From the NCBI RefSeq assembly GCF_009914755.1, contig NC_060927.1: 64,000 nt of DNA. The stretch is one strand, 5' to 3'. Below are positions 1 through 12,923 of the stretch, in pieces; within the stretch, counting starts at the first letter, position 1, and each line of letters opens with the position of its first letter. Below the pieces are notes generated by a model, which saw nothing but the letters and a program-made list of their open reading frames with translations, had not been told where the DNA came from and ran no database searches. Both the position numbers and the translations under genes were made by a program. The stretch comes from the human T2T-CHM13v2.0 reference genome, Homo sapiens.

Positions 1-555
<555 letters not shown>

Positions 556-862
556 AAAGTTAATTTTTGAAAAATAATAAAGTGAAGAAAACCTTAAATG
601 AAAGAGACTTTGGGCACTCATAAAGAGGTTTGTTTATGAAGTGATTGTAGTATTATTAAGGCCAACTTATCAAGTACTTTGTCACTGTAAACAGAATAGC
701 AAGCAGCCTTAGGGAATTGGCAATAGCTTAGTTCATGGGAATTTGCATTTCATTTCAACAAAAGAATTACGGACATGACGATATTATGTTTATTAGACAA
801 AAACAATATATTGGTTAAGATTTCAGCCCATGGAGTCAGACTGAGCCGAATTCAAATTACTA

Positions 863-1238
863 CAGGTTGACTATCCCTCATCCCAAACGCTTGGGACCAG
901 AAGTGTTTTGGATTCAGGATTTTTTCAGGTTTTGGAATATTTGCATATACATAATGAGATATCTTGGGGACGAGACCCATGTGTAAACAGGAAATTCATT
1001 TATGTGTCATATACACTATATTAAGGAAGGTATTAAAGAAGAACTAAATAAATGAAGGTAACTTTATTTTTCCCTTGGGGACGCTGAAAAAACTGTTGTG
1101 CACCTGTATTTTGACTGAGACCCATCACATGTAGTCAGGTGTGGAATTTTCTACTTGTGGTATCATGTGGGCTTTCAAAAATTTCAGATTTTGGAACATT
1201 TTAGATTTTGAATTTTTGGATTAGGGATGCTCAACCTG
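863..1238 (+). mobile_element. Tigger4/MER46 (Zombi)-type non-autonomous DNA transposon inserted in a MIR
   Basis: Terminal inverted repeats caggttgactatccct...agggatgctcaacctg flanked by TA dinucleotides (861-862, 1239-1240). Confidence 0.85.
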
Positions 1239-1741
1239 TATCTCTGTATCCTCGGACAAATTGCTAAACATTAATATATCCATTCACTTTTCTGTGAAAT
1301 CAGGATGCCAACGTCATCTATGATATAGGATTGTTTTTAAAAAGTACTCTGTGTTTTGCAAGACATATAATAGCTTAATAAATGTTAGTCATTATTCTTA
1401 AGTTATAGCCATGGCTCTTCCCAGTACCCCTGTGAGGTAAACAGGGATGGTACTATAATCTCCAGTCAGCGCTGGAAATCAAGATAGGATGGTAAAATAT
1501 TATTACTCTCCTCAGCATCATAAGCCTTTTTACAGCAGAGCTGGAATCAGTCTCTAGAGCTCCAGAATTCTATTTCTATACTCTTGGCATTACACCATTC
1601 TTTATTTCCACTTGCTATAAAATGTCAGGGCACGAGAAGAGGACAGGGCCACTGAGGCAGACATCCTATGGTTATAGCTCAGTAAAGATTTAATCTAAAG
1701 GCCAGACTGGTTCCAGGAAGTGCTGAAAGATTATTCCAGAG

Positions 1742-2340
1742 CAGTGCCACTCAGTGTGTGGTCCACAAGCTGAACTGTTTCTGTTTCACAGGGAAATAAG
1801 AATAAAAATTGAGAATATGTGTTTAGAAACTTTTATAGCAATTTGACATAGTGATTTTATTCTTTTTCTTTTTCTTTTTTAGAAATGGGGTCTCACTGTT
1901 GCCCAGGCTGGAGTGCAGTGGCTACTCACAGACACAATCCCACTACTGATCAGCACTGGAGTTTTGACCTGCTCCATTTCTGACCTGGGCAAGTTCACCC
2001 CTTCTTAGGCAACCTATGGTCCCCTGCTCCTGGGAGGTGGGAGGTCACTATATTGATTCAGAATTCAGCGTGGAGACCCAATCAGCATAGAGCACTATAG
2101 CCCAGAACTACTGGACTCAAGTGATCCTCCTGCCTCAGCCTCCTGAGTAGCTGGGTCTATAGGCACAGACTAGCATGCCTGACAACATCGTGATTTTATA
2201 TCTGTTGAATTTAAAAATAAAAACTGTGTTTGTATTGTCTATGTTATTTTTAACCATTTATTTTTCCAGAAACTTAATTGTATTTTATTTTACAAAAGTA
2301 TCAGTCTGTGACAGATTTGAAAATAAACAAACAGGTCAAG
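1742..2340. mobile_element. hAT-Charlie-like DNA transposon remnant, split by the 7SL retrocopy
   Basis: cagtgccactcagtgtgtggtcc terminus and AT-rich body resembling Charlie4-type elements; recalled similarity only. Confidence 0.4.
1881..2183 (-). pseudogene. RN7SL172P: Full-length processed 7SL (SRP RNA) pseudogene in HCLS1 intron 3
   Basis: Alu-domain ends enclosing the 7SL S-domain (cactactgatcagcac, gacctgctcc, ttaggcaacct); T-rich tail 1861-1880; 15-bp TSD acat(a/c)gtgattttat at 1846-1860 and 2185-2199. Symbol recalled for this locus, not verified. Confidence 0.9.
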
Positions 2341-3345
2341 GGAAAAGACACCCTTGAGTCTTGAGAATGAATGGGCAAGAGTGGAGAAAAGAAGGTGGAG
2401 AGAAGGGTGATAGTTCTTGAAAACCAGGCAGTTCCTTTACAGAATGGATAAGGGATGCATAGGACCATTTGAATTATTCACTGAATTACCAAATTACTAT
2501 CCAAACTAAATTTATTCAAGACAGACCTAAAAAGAGACATCACGGTGTGGGGAAGGTAGTAAGATTAGTAAGAACTGCAACCACTTCCTTTTCCTGCTTT
2601 TAGTCGTCTCAGCTCTACAGCTACTGTTTTGTTTTGTTTGTTTGTTTTTTGTTTTTTCATTTTGGGATCTGTCAGTGTTAGCATCTACAGCTACTGTTCT
2701 CCTCTCCAATTTCCCTCTCCTTTCCAAGGACCATGGTGATTCCCATCAGATGTTAAAGACTGACTTAGCCCACACTAACGAGAGGGAATCCCCAAATAGT
2801 GGAGACTTACTACTGGAAAGTCCTCTAGAGGTCTTTTTGATCCAGATGGGCAAAATGAGAATCAGAGAGGAAAAGGGACTTGTCTAAAGCCACCTGGCCT
2901 GTTACCAGCAGATACCAGGCTTTCACTCCTTGATAACCTGGGTAAATGGGAGATGAGCGAGATTTTTTTGTCAATATCTCCATCGTTTATTCTATCTGAT
3001 AGATTCAGTTAGGTTAACAAGGAAATGTGCAGGGTCACCATGTTGTACCACTCCAGGCAGCACCCGTCAGAGTGATCTGTGTATAGGAGTTGTGCAATCC
3101 AACAGTCCAGGTAGACACCACTTAGGAGAAAAAAGGGCTGTTGTCTGTTTACATGTTTGTTAGATTTTAGAAAGGAAATCTGATTAAACTAACCTATATT
3201 AACAGGAAACAAAACTAACATCACTGAGCTGCTCAGAAGTGCTAAGTACTGCATTAGACATTGGCTATCCCATTGACCTGTAACTATACATCTTCAGGGT
3301 GGCTATTTTTTTTTAAGTTATTTCATTTTTTTATGAGGGTTGCTT

Positions 3346-3380
<35 letters not shown>

Positions 3381-3383
<3 letters not shown>

Positions 3384-3483
3384 CAATGCCTACTATATTG
3401 CAAGTCGTCATGGCGGAGTGTTGGGAAGTTTTCAATTAGCAATAATCACACCTCGGATAAACCTCATTGGCTACAATACCACC
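3381..3483 (-). pseudogene. RNU4-62P: U4 snRNA retro-pseudogene (U4 nt ~11-118) with poly(A) tail
   Basis: Minus strand reads GTATTGTAGCCAATGAGGTTTATCCGAGGTGTGATTATTGCTAATTGAAAACTTCCCAACACTCCGCCATGACGACTTGCAATATAGTAGGCATTGGCA, collinear with U4; T run 3350-3380 is the tail. Symbol recalled, not verified. Confidence 0.92.
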
Positions 3484-3716
3484 AAAGGCATGAAGTGTGC
3501 ATCCTCATCTGGACAATTCCCAGAATACCAGCGTTGAGTGGCCTTTATTCAGAAAAGGAAAAGGGTCTTGTGGTTTTTTTTTTTTTTTTTTGATCTATGA
3601 GTCTATAGAGGGGTATCACAGAAGCTTCCTGAATGACCCTGTTCCATTGTTTCAATCTTTTTCCAGAATGGCATGGTTTAAGAATAATATTCATTATAGC
3701 TACTTAATTGAAACCA

Positions 3717-3717
3717 T

Positions 3718-3756
<39 letters not shown>

Positions 3757-4040
3757 TTGAGACTGAGTCTCGCTCTATCACCCTGGCTGGAGTGCAGTGG
3801 TGCGATCTCAGCTCACTGCAACCTGTGCCTCCTGGGTTCAAGAGACTCTCGTGCTTCGGCCTCCTGAGTAGCTGGGATTACAGGTGCCCGCCACCACGCC
3901 CATCTAATTTTTGTATTTTTAGTAGACACAGGGTTTCATCATGTTGCCCATGCTGGTCTTGAACTCCTGACCTCAAGTGATCTTCCTCGCTCGGCCTTCC
4001 AAAGTTTTGGGATTACAAGCGTGAGCCACCACGCCCGGCC
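3717..4040 (-). mobile_element. AluS with (TTTA)n microsatellite tail
   Basis: Reverse Alu consensus; (TTTA)~10 at 3717-3758; TSD gaaaccatttattt on both sides. Confidence 0.93.
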
Positions 4041-5170
4041 GAAACCATTTATTTCTGATTAAACAATGTGGTATTGTCATCCAGTTGTAGAAACTTGTGC
4101 CAGGCTTTCACAGTATGTTGCTTGTGCAATGTGGTCATCCACTGACACTTTTTAAAATCTAGAGGTAAAAACACTGCTTTTAGGGTGCGGTAGGGGGAGT
4201 TAAAAATGGAGCTTAAAACTGTATTAATCTTGCCATTTTGTGTGTAGTTGTTGAATTTTTGCTTGTTACACTATTTATTGTGTCTACCTTGCTACTAATG
4301 TTTGACATTCTGATACTATCCAAAGCAGATGGTCCTGGTTAGATGATCCTGAATCATCCGTGGAAGAGAGAAGGGGATCTCTCAGCCTGAATGTATGACA
4401 TATCCCACAGAAACCCCTGGATATGTCTGTAAGTTCCTTTTATCTTCTGGTATCGGAGGGTTTTGTTTGTTTGTTTGTTTCTGGTAAAATGCATATGGGG
4501 CTATAATCTTAAAGATCCCTGAACATCGTTGCCAAAATAGTTTTTATCAACAGGTTTTCCAAGTGTTACATTTCTTCATATTACCATTCATGGCTTCCAA
4601 CTTCTGTCAAATAGCTAAGTACAAATCTGTATTTTAAAAGTTATTTGGGCCAGTTATGGGAGCTGAAGTGGCCTCTTTTTATAGCATTTATTCTGAGTTC
4701 TTCACCTTGACATTTTACTGAATTGTTCTTAGTTCATCTGAAGGAAGTCACCCTGAATTCTAAATACATATTTACATTTATCTGAAGAGATAGATAGGAG
4801 ATAGATGATTGCCAGGTAGATAGATAGAGAGGACCTTAGTATTTGGTCCACTTCCTCTATGAATCTCTCATGCCTTACTAAAGGAAGGGAGGCAGTTAAT
4901 CCAATAGACCCACTTGGGGAAATAGCAGAGTTGTTAGGTATAAAAGATAGATAATAGGGTTGAGGAGGGTAAGAGGAGAGACATAAAATGGAAATATGCA
5001 ATGACACACAGGTACACACAGGAACAGACTCTAGAAAAAAAACAAACACAATAATACATAGACATGAACTACCCTATCCTTTTCCTCCCTCACCTTCCCC
5101 CAAGTCTCCGAGTTTTCTTTGGGCTCTTCCCATAACCCCCTTCCTTTTCTCCAGTCCTTTCGGCACCTAC

Positions 5171-5244
5171 TTGATGTGTTCTGTGCGTCCAGACCCCTCG
5201 ATGGTCTTGGCTCCCCATCGTTGCTCCTTTTCAGAGATGTCATT
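5171..5244 (-). CDS. HCLS1: HCLS1 exon 3 ([24 protein letters not shown]); gene continues beyond the window start
   Basis: 74-nt exon, tttgcag acceptor and gtaggt donor, in frame with exon 2; matches the HS1/cortactin N-terminal region. Confidence 0.96.
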
Positions 5245-5425
5245 CTGCAAACGACAGCACGCAGTAATACATGACGGCAAGAAATGTGCCACATTGAGAA
5301 GGGCCACCCAACTGACACATGCCCTCCATGTCCCCTGTGTCCACTGCCTTCTTCAGTCTGGGTCTTTATTCACATCCCCTCTATATTTATCCCATCCTGA
5401 CCCCATGTAAGAATTAAACTGGTGA

Positions 5426-5750
<325 letters not shown>

Positions 5751-6155
5751 CTAGTGAGCTCTGAAACCTCCGTTCCTCCTCTGCCTACTTCATGCCTACC
5801 CCATCTGGTCTCCTACAGCTTTTTAATCCCCCAATTACACATGCCCAGCTTGAATCCTGGATCATGGGCCAGGGGAGACCCAGGTTCACCTGCTTCTCAC
5901 CTTCAGTATAGCCTGCCATGGCCTGTCAATCACACTGTCAAACTCACCCACACCTGTCTCTTTTCATCCCTGATACCAGGTATCGTGCATGCCCCACAGG
6001 TGACAGCCAATTGTCCTACCAATTAGTCCCAGTATGAGGGCTGTCTCAGTCCTAGAAGGCCCTTTTCCAAGCATCCTCAAAGATCACAGAGTGGCCCAGA
6101 TGCCCTCCTCACCCCACCCTCTGCACTGTCCAAGCAAAGCTACTTCCAAACTCAC

Positions 6156-6239
6156 CACAAAGTCAGGATCTGTGTCCCAATCATCACCCTGGGTCTCCAC
6201 GGAAACAGACACATCATGGCCCACTACAGACTTCCACAT
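6156..6239 (-). CDS. HCLS1: HCLS1 exon 2, first coding exon (MWKSVVGHDVSVSVETQGDDWDTDPDFV; acidic DDW Arp2/3-binding motif)
   Basis: 84-nt exon beginning exactly at ATG after the ctctcag acceptor, gtgagt donor; recognised as the HS1 N-terminus. Confidence 0.97.
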
Positions 6240-8711
6240 CTGAGAGTGACCGGAGATGGGAATAATTAGGGACAAAAAAGGATCAAGAGGAGGGAAAATA
6301 GGAATGCTGAAGTCAAAATATAGCAGCCCAATATTTCCTGCCATTTTTTTTTTCTTAGAAGAAAATAGAAAATGAAGCAAAGCAAATGGGAGTTGTAGGA
6401 AGGCTTTTCTGCTCAGTTACAAGATGAGAGATGGGACTTTAATCAAGACGAATTGATGTGGGCTGGGCCCACCTGGGGCTAGAGAGAAGTCATCATGGGT
6501 GTGGGTAACACTAGGTAACCCACGAGTCAAAATTGCTGGAATTGTTCACTTGTGTCCCGAGGCCAGCCAGGCAGTGGCTGGAGGTGGTTGGCAATGAGCG
6601 GTGCTATAATATCCCTAGAATTATGGCCTTATTTCACTCAGGTTTCTATATATGATTCCTTTGTTGCTGTTGAAATACAAATTGGTTCTGCTTCTCACAA
6701 AGTGAACATCTACATCCCTCTTTACAACCTGCTGAACTACACTGAGAATTTTTCCAGCCTCTGGTCCAAGTGCTGTCCCACCTCCACCCTGAGTCTGGTC
6801 ACCTCACAGCTGTGTAAGGTCAGCAGCGACAGTCGGCTGAAATTTCCACATGGAACAATGCATTGGGAGAGCATTATTTGCTGGGAATAAGTCAGTTATT
6901 ACTCAATTTTTTAAAAATGGTTCAATTAATTGCTAAAGTCAAAAAATAGAATGTTTTCAAGTTGACAATTTACCGTAGAAAAGAAAAAAGAATAATATGT
7001 AATAAATCTGATTTTGAACATTAAGAGGTACTCAGTTTTTATCAACTAAATAAATGTTGCAGAAATATTTAGAGAACCCTAGCTTGGAAGGGTGCCAAAC
7101 TTATTCTGCTGGGGCATTCCCAGTGTTCTAGACGGCCTTCCGGACTGTGCAGAAGGAAGAGCGGCACAGTTGCTCTGCATCTGTGGATTTGGTGTGAAGA
7201 AGTAACAACAGACAATGCTCATCTGCTGTGGTCACCACTGAGACTTCTTGACCCTGGCAGCACTTGCTAGCTGGCAATCCTTCCCTCCTCAGACACCTCA
7301 TCCCATTGGAGACCTTCCCCATGCTCTCCATTGTCTCCAAAGAGTCCCTTTACAACCACTCCTCGGGTTCTCCTGTCTCCACCTAGGCCTTCAGATTCTC
7401 CAGTTTTCTATTTCCACTTGAAAGCTCCATCTTCTCCATTGAGCAACCTCTTAAAAACCAGCCCAGGGGAAGTCTGGGTAAATCAGTTAAAGAGATGCTA
7501 AGGGGACACCGGAGAGATATTGACTGAGTCAGCCGGGAGTCATGGCTGAAAGCAGCTTGGCTTTCCCTGATGCGGTTGGAGACAGCAAAACATCCTTACT
7601 ACCTGCATCCTTACTACCCCTCTGCTTCTCATCCCCTGGCTCCTGGGCTGCTGTGCAACAACAAAAGGACTGTCACACAGAAAACTGGAATGGAGAAGTT
7701 TCTGAAATAGTCATGAGCAATAAGGAAGCAATGAGGACTGATGGTCCCATCCTCCTTCCTGTGGCTCCTCTGAGGCCTCAGCCTGACTCTCCCATTCACC
7801 CATTTTTGAAATAAAGAGTTTCTGAAATAGAGACAATTTATCTAATATCCTTGACCTATTGACCAGAAACCAGAAAGGTAAGAAGTGCTATCTAGAGGTG
7901 AGAACCAGAGAGTAATCTGGTGAGGCCTTGTTGCGATGCTGACCTCCTGCATCAAAGTACACAGACTGGGAGTCAGAAGCCCTGGCTGTCACCCCAGCTC
8001 TGTGACTAAGCCTCTGAGGGACCATCACAAGGGCATCAACAGAGTAGGTACTCATTTGCCAGGTATCAGACCAGGCGATTAAGAAATACTAACTTTAATA
8101 ATTTGGCAAATCAGCAATTATCTCTGATTTTCCCAGTGGAAAATAATGAAGGGGTTAACGTAGCTCATCTGTGGTCTCCTTGATTTCTGACATTCTGAGA
8201 TTCTGTGATCTACGAACACAGAAACTAGCCCCAGCAGAACAATCATGCCTTCTCTTGGGCTCCATCAGCACTTGGTACTCAGTGCTAGTGTACATCAGTG
8301 ACTACTTCCTGATCTGTTACATTTCCTGTGTGGGTTTGTTTCCCTGAGACCATATGCTCTTCAAGGGCAGACACTGTTTTCGTCTCCTGTGGTCCTCCTC
8401 CCAGCTCAGTACCTAGGGGAGACAGGCCTTAGAGTGGGTTGTAGATTGTCAGCAGAAACCAGGCAACACTTTGCTTGATGTTGGTGCTAGATGGCTCCTG
8501 AAACACTTGCCTTGGGTTTAAGCCCCTCCCTTTTGTTTCTATCTCCAGATGCTGATTTGCTACAACCACTCACAACCAGGCCTTCTGGCCATAAAAGGAT
8601 AAAAGCCTACTAGTGGTGACCTTGCCCATCACCAAGGACTAAGAGCCAGGTAGGTTCCTCCTCAACTCTTACTCTGTGTTTCCCAACTGTCCCATGGCTC
8701 AGAGTACCCAC

Positions 8712-8820
8712 CTCCACCTGTGCAAGCCTCTGTTCTAAGCGCCCGGCTCCTCGCGTCCACACCGACTCCCTCTCTGGCTGCTGCCACTTCGGAGTGAGAA
8801 ACTGAGCTGCTGCTTCAGTT
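8712..8820 (-). other. HCLS1: HCLS1 non-coding exon 1 (5' boundary approximate)
   Basis: GC-rich segment ending ...GCTTAGAACAGAGGCTTGCACAGGTGGAG|gtgggt, matching my recollection of the HS1 cDNA leader. Confidence 0.85.
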
Positions 8821-8895
8821 CCGTATTCAGGTTTTCGTCATTTCCTGCCACCCCATCCTCACAGCTACTTCCTGAAATTTGAGTCAGTTCCTTCT
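8815..8895 (-). promoter_or_regulatory. TATA-less haematopoietic promoter of HCLS1 with clustered ETS (GGAA) sites and AP-1
   Basis: agttccgt ~8817-8824, atttcctg 8840-8847, acttcctg 8867-8874, tgagtca 8880-8886, gttcctt ~8887-8893; no TATA box seen. Confidence 0.7.
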
Positions 8896-9529
8896 GCTTT
8901 AGACACTTAAATTTTAAAAGGATTAAATGTTTCTGTGCCTGGTCTTTTGCAAGGTTTTGACAATGGGGGTCATAGAGCAGTCATAGAAAATGCTGCTTTG
9001 ACTCTGAGTTTGTAATCCAGTGAGAGAAACAAACATTCAACCAGAAAACACATTAGAGAATGCTGTAGAACAGCATTGTGTCCTAAATAGGGTGGCAGTT
9101 ACATTTGAGACAGTAAAGGAATTCAGAGCATTTGGTATTGGGTGTATTCATCAAGAAAGGCTTTATGGGAAAAGTGATTTATATGTGGGTTTTGAAGCAT
9201 AAGACTTAAAAAGAAACTCACCCCTATATTACCCACAGCACTTAAAAGTGGAGTTTTCATATAGATGTTCAAATAAACGTCGACCAATTGAATGCCAGAA
9301 GAGAATAACTCATGAGGGAAAAGGCAAGACATGGAAGGAGAGTTTCCTAGCTTGTTTGGGGCACTGTGGAGTCTGAGCTAACAAACTAAAGATTTGGCTC
9401 TAGAGCGTAGGAAGAATTCTGAAAGAACCAGGTGCTGGTCAGCTGATGGAAGAAGGTCTTTGTGGTATCCTGTTTTACTGCGTGTCAAGACTTGCTGCCC
9501 CTCCCTTCCCTCTTGAAGTCAGACTTACT

Positions 9530-9810
9530 CAGGTGACTTGTTTTGGCCAGTGACAGATACCACTTTCTGGCGGAGGCCGTAAGACCACTGCAAGCTTTGC
9601 CATGCTTTCACCACTGCCCAAGGCAACCTGCAATTCTCCATATTGGCTCCTCCAGCAGACTGGGTCCCTGAGTGAGAAAGAACACAAGTGGAGCCCCATC
9701 CACCATGTGGGGGAATTGGAGTCTTTCACTAAAAAATAGTCCTTTGTTTTGGCTACTGAGAATTTGAGGGTGTCTGTTATTGTATCTGACCTAGCCTTTC
9801 CTAATCTTGA
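9530..9810 (+). mobile_element. Degenerate MLT1-type (MaLR) LTR
   Basis: ctgggtccctgagtg and gctactgagaatttgagggtgtctgttatt...acctagcct 3' motifs. Confidence 0.5.
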
Positions 9811-10347
9811 TTGTGGACTTCTTGATTTGTTCACAACGGTGCATCCTCCAAGGAGTTTAAGCAGGACTGGATGAAACTGGCCCATGATACAGGCACTTTT
9901 CTGCATTAGGAATATGAAGCCTCTGTCACTTCCAAATCTAAGGATTCTATGCCTGGGGGAGCTTTATTTATTCCTTCTACTTTATTACCTATTTATCATG
10001 GTGGTACCAAAGTTATGATAAGGAAGAGTACGTTTGTACAAGAGAAAAATCACTTGGAATCCTCATGTAGTGTCAAAATACGATTTAGACTAGATGATGT
10101 GACACACCATCCAGGTACATAGTTCTCTAGAGAAAATATAGAAATTAATCAGAGATGACACCAAGAAGTCCCATCTTTCCTTAGCAAATGTCACAAGTTC
10201 ATTACTGATGAGGTAGTGAGGTGTATCACACAGAAAAAGAATGGGCCTTGAAGCCAGACAGACTTGGTTCAATTAAACCACTTATTGTACTTTGAGAAAG
10301 TGAGCTATCTTCTCTCAAGCAGCAACTTAATATAAAAATCCATAATA

Positions 10348-10733
<386 letters not shown>

Positions 10734-11109
10734 CTAATGTTTTCACTATGTGCCAGACAAGAGTTCTCCCAGGACCATGCATGGACCTGCATCAATTTCA
10801 TGCCCTAAGGCCCAGCTTATTTGGTTCAGTATTAGGATAGAATTTCCTCACTGCATTCATCACCTGGGGTCTAGCAGCTAAGGCTGGAAAAATGCATGCA
10901 GCTGTCACTGATATTGGCCAGTGAGAAGAAAGCCTGAATATGTAGAGCTTTCTACCCCTATAACCATTCCTGGCTACCTCCTTTCCCTACTTCCCTTACC
11001 CACCTTCCACCCCCCAGCATGCAAACACAGGTACCGAAACACCTGTGCATATATCCATTCACTCACACGTACACACACATACACACAAACTCTTCATTCT
11101 GAAAATAAT

Positions 11110-11115
11110 TTTATT
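11110..11115 (-). terminator. GOLGB1 distal poly(A) signal AATAAA
   Basis: tttatt on +, followed on the minus strand by a GU-rich tract (11040-11090); cleavage expected near 11090. Confidence 0.8.
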
Positions 11116-12014
11116 ATTTTACAGTTGTTCAGGAAACTTCCCAGGATGTTGTAACCAAGATTTAATCACCACAGTAGATTTAGAGCAGATCAGTCAGCCC
11201 ACTTGTCTTCTCTCTTCTTTAGGGAGAGGCTAGGCAGTGAACACATCACGTATGCAATGAGAAAATAACCAACTGGTAGGATGGGGGAGGGGAGGGGAGG
11301 CAGGGAATAGGCACAAATGGAATTCTATCCTGGCTGTCCTTCTCAGGTCTATCTATATTTAATTTTGTCTTCTCTATATTCTCCTTCCATTGCCACAGAG
11401 GGCAGAGACAATGGGGCTGAGAAACTGTAATAACTGTCACTAACAGCAAAGTAGCTTAGTACTTCAAGAGGTCAGGAGTTGCAGTGTGGTGTTAGACCAG
11501 TCAGACTCCTGGCTGAGAGTCAATGCCTAATATTGGCTCCCAGTGGCCCCTGAGCACTGTCTCAGGGTCCACATTCCAGGAATATTCAGATATTCCTGGA
11601 ATGACAAGAATTGGAACCCTGCTGTCCATAGACACTTCTCCCTGCCCTTTGGTGAAAGGAAAGACTTGGGCCACTTAATACCTTAGTATACATGTGATCA
11701 AGGGCAAAAGCAAAGGGATTCTATCCTTATAGTCTAAGACCTGAAATTCTCCCTCCAATTATATCTGAAATTGGCAGGGAAGAAGATGCTGTCCTCCCAT
11801 GTGATCTAACAGCTAAAACCCCTAGGGAGTTCCTTCAGCTTTCACCACCCTATTCTGCAAGAGACCTAAATCAGATGTCCTATGAGGTGACATGTTCATT
11901 TCCCTGAACTCTGTTTATGGCAGAGCCACCTTCCCCCTGAAACAGGAGAAAATACAGGCAAACAAGGCAAAGAAAGTTATCAATCAAAATGATACTGAAC
12001 TTCAGATTATTAGG

Positions 12015-12020
12015 TTTATT
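12015..12020 (-). terminator. GOLGB1 proximal poly(A) signal AATAAA
   Basis: tttatt on +, with a U-rich downstream tract on the minus strand (cattttgattgataactttctttgccttgttt). Confidence 0.7.
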
Positions 12021-12371
12021 GAAACCATCCTCTTGGCTTGGCTGAAAGACATTCCTCAGTATCTTTTACAGGACCACAAAAGATCAGGGTCCTGCAAAAT
12101 CTCAACAAATATTAGGCTCAACAAACCAAATGTGATTCTCAGATTAAGCAGAAGCGTTCAGGCTCAGGGCAGTAGAAGAAAGCAGACTCGCCAGTCCCTG
12201 CAGCTCCAACCTGTCCTCGTATCCACCTCTGTTTTTGCAGGCACTTTCCGTGAAGAGTTGGAGAGAAGACCTGTAAATGGGAAGACTGTTCCACTGGAAT
12301 TGATGTTCTGATGTTAGAGGTGAGAGAATTCCAAGTTTTGAGGGGAGTGGTCCAAAGAGTAACAACTAAGT

Positions 12372-12506
12372 CTATAGATGGCCCGTAAAACACAGAATGA
12401 GCAGGACATGAATCATTAGAAAGTAGATGGCTGCTAGAAGTGGCACTCGGGTCCGTGAATGACAGAGTGAACGCAGGACTCGCTTCCATCCAACGCCACT
12501 CCGGGT
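12372..12506 (-). CDS. GOLGB1: GOLGB1 last exon (22), coding part: TRSGVGWKRVLRSLCHSRTRVPLLAAIYFLMIHVLLILCFTGHL* (C-terminal transmembrane tail anchor)
   Basis: ttctttcag acceptor, phase 0, hydrophobic helix, TAG at 12374-12372. Confidence 0.97.
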   Translation of the reverse strand, partial: TRSGVGWKRVLRSLCHSRTRVPLLAAIYFLMIHVLLILCFTGHL

Positions 12507-12817
12507 CTGAAAGAAAAATGTGAAAGTCAGAGAGTTTTCACCCTATAGGGCTATGTTGCTTTCCCTCCTACTAGTCTTGCACTTAAGCAAAGCTGACCCA
12601 ACCACTGTAGAAAGGGGTATTCTGAGAGGAAAGTTGCCTCAGAGTCAACAACTTGGCAAATTCCACCAGGTTCTAATCTTCCACGCCCTTCCAGCCTTAG
12701 ACTCATTCGCTGCTCAGTGGCTGGACTTCCACATTCCTTCTCCTCAGCTCCTTGCCCCCAGTATAGCCAGCCCTGTCAGATAATAAAACACCCTCTCTTT
12801 ATCCTTCTTCCTCTTAC

Positions 12818-12923
12818 CCTTCGACAACTGTTGCTTGTAAGATCTATTAACAGTGCCTGCTCCTGAGTGCCACAGGAGCCAATGATAGGAGTCCGGGAAG
12901 AGTCCCATTCACTGTGCTCTAAC
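12818..12923 (-). CDS. GOLGB1: GOLGB1 exon 21 (LEHSEWDSSRTP...SNSCRR)
   Basis: 106 nt, ctcag/gtaaga, phase 2 in and phase 0 out. Confidence 0.96.

Larger units (their letters stand above)
11090..12371 (-). other. GOLGB1: GOLGB1 3' UTR (long form)
   Basis: Lies between the stop codon and the distal AATAAA/GU element. Confidence 0.75.

Noticed and set aside
4787-4830. Degenerate GATA repeat; also (TTTG)n near 2625-2655 and (CA)8 at 34561-34576
   Set aside because: Short or interrupted microsatellites, unremarkable.
9529-9906. 125-aa intergenic minus-strand ORF
   Set aside because: Overlaps a decayed MLT1-like LTR; no recognisable protein features or splice support.
12139-12489. 116-aa and 73-aa minus-strand ORFs over the last GOLGB1 exon and 3' UTR
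   Set aside because: Exon 21-22 phase selects the transmembrane frame ending at 12372; no independent start context. The stop is followed by ACT TAG, so there is no meaningful read-through extension.
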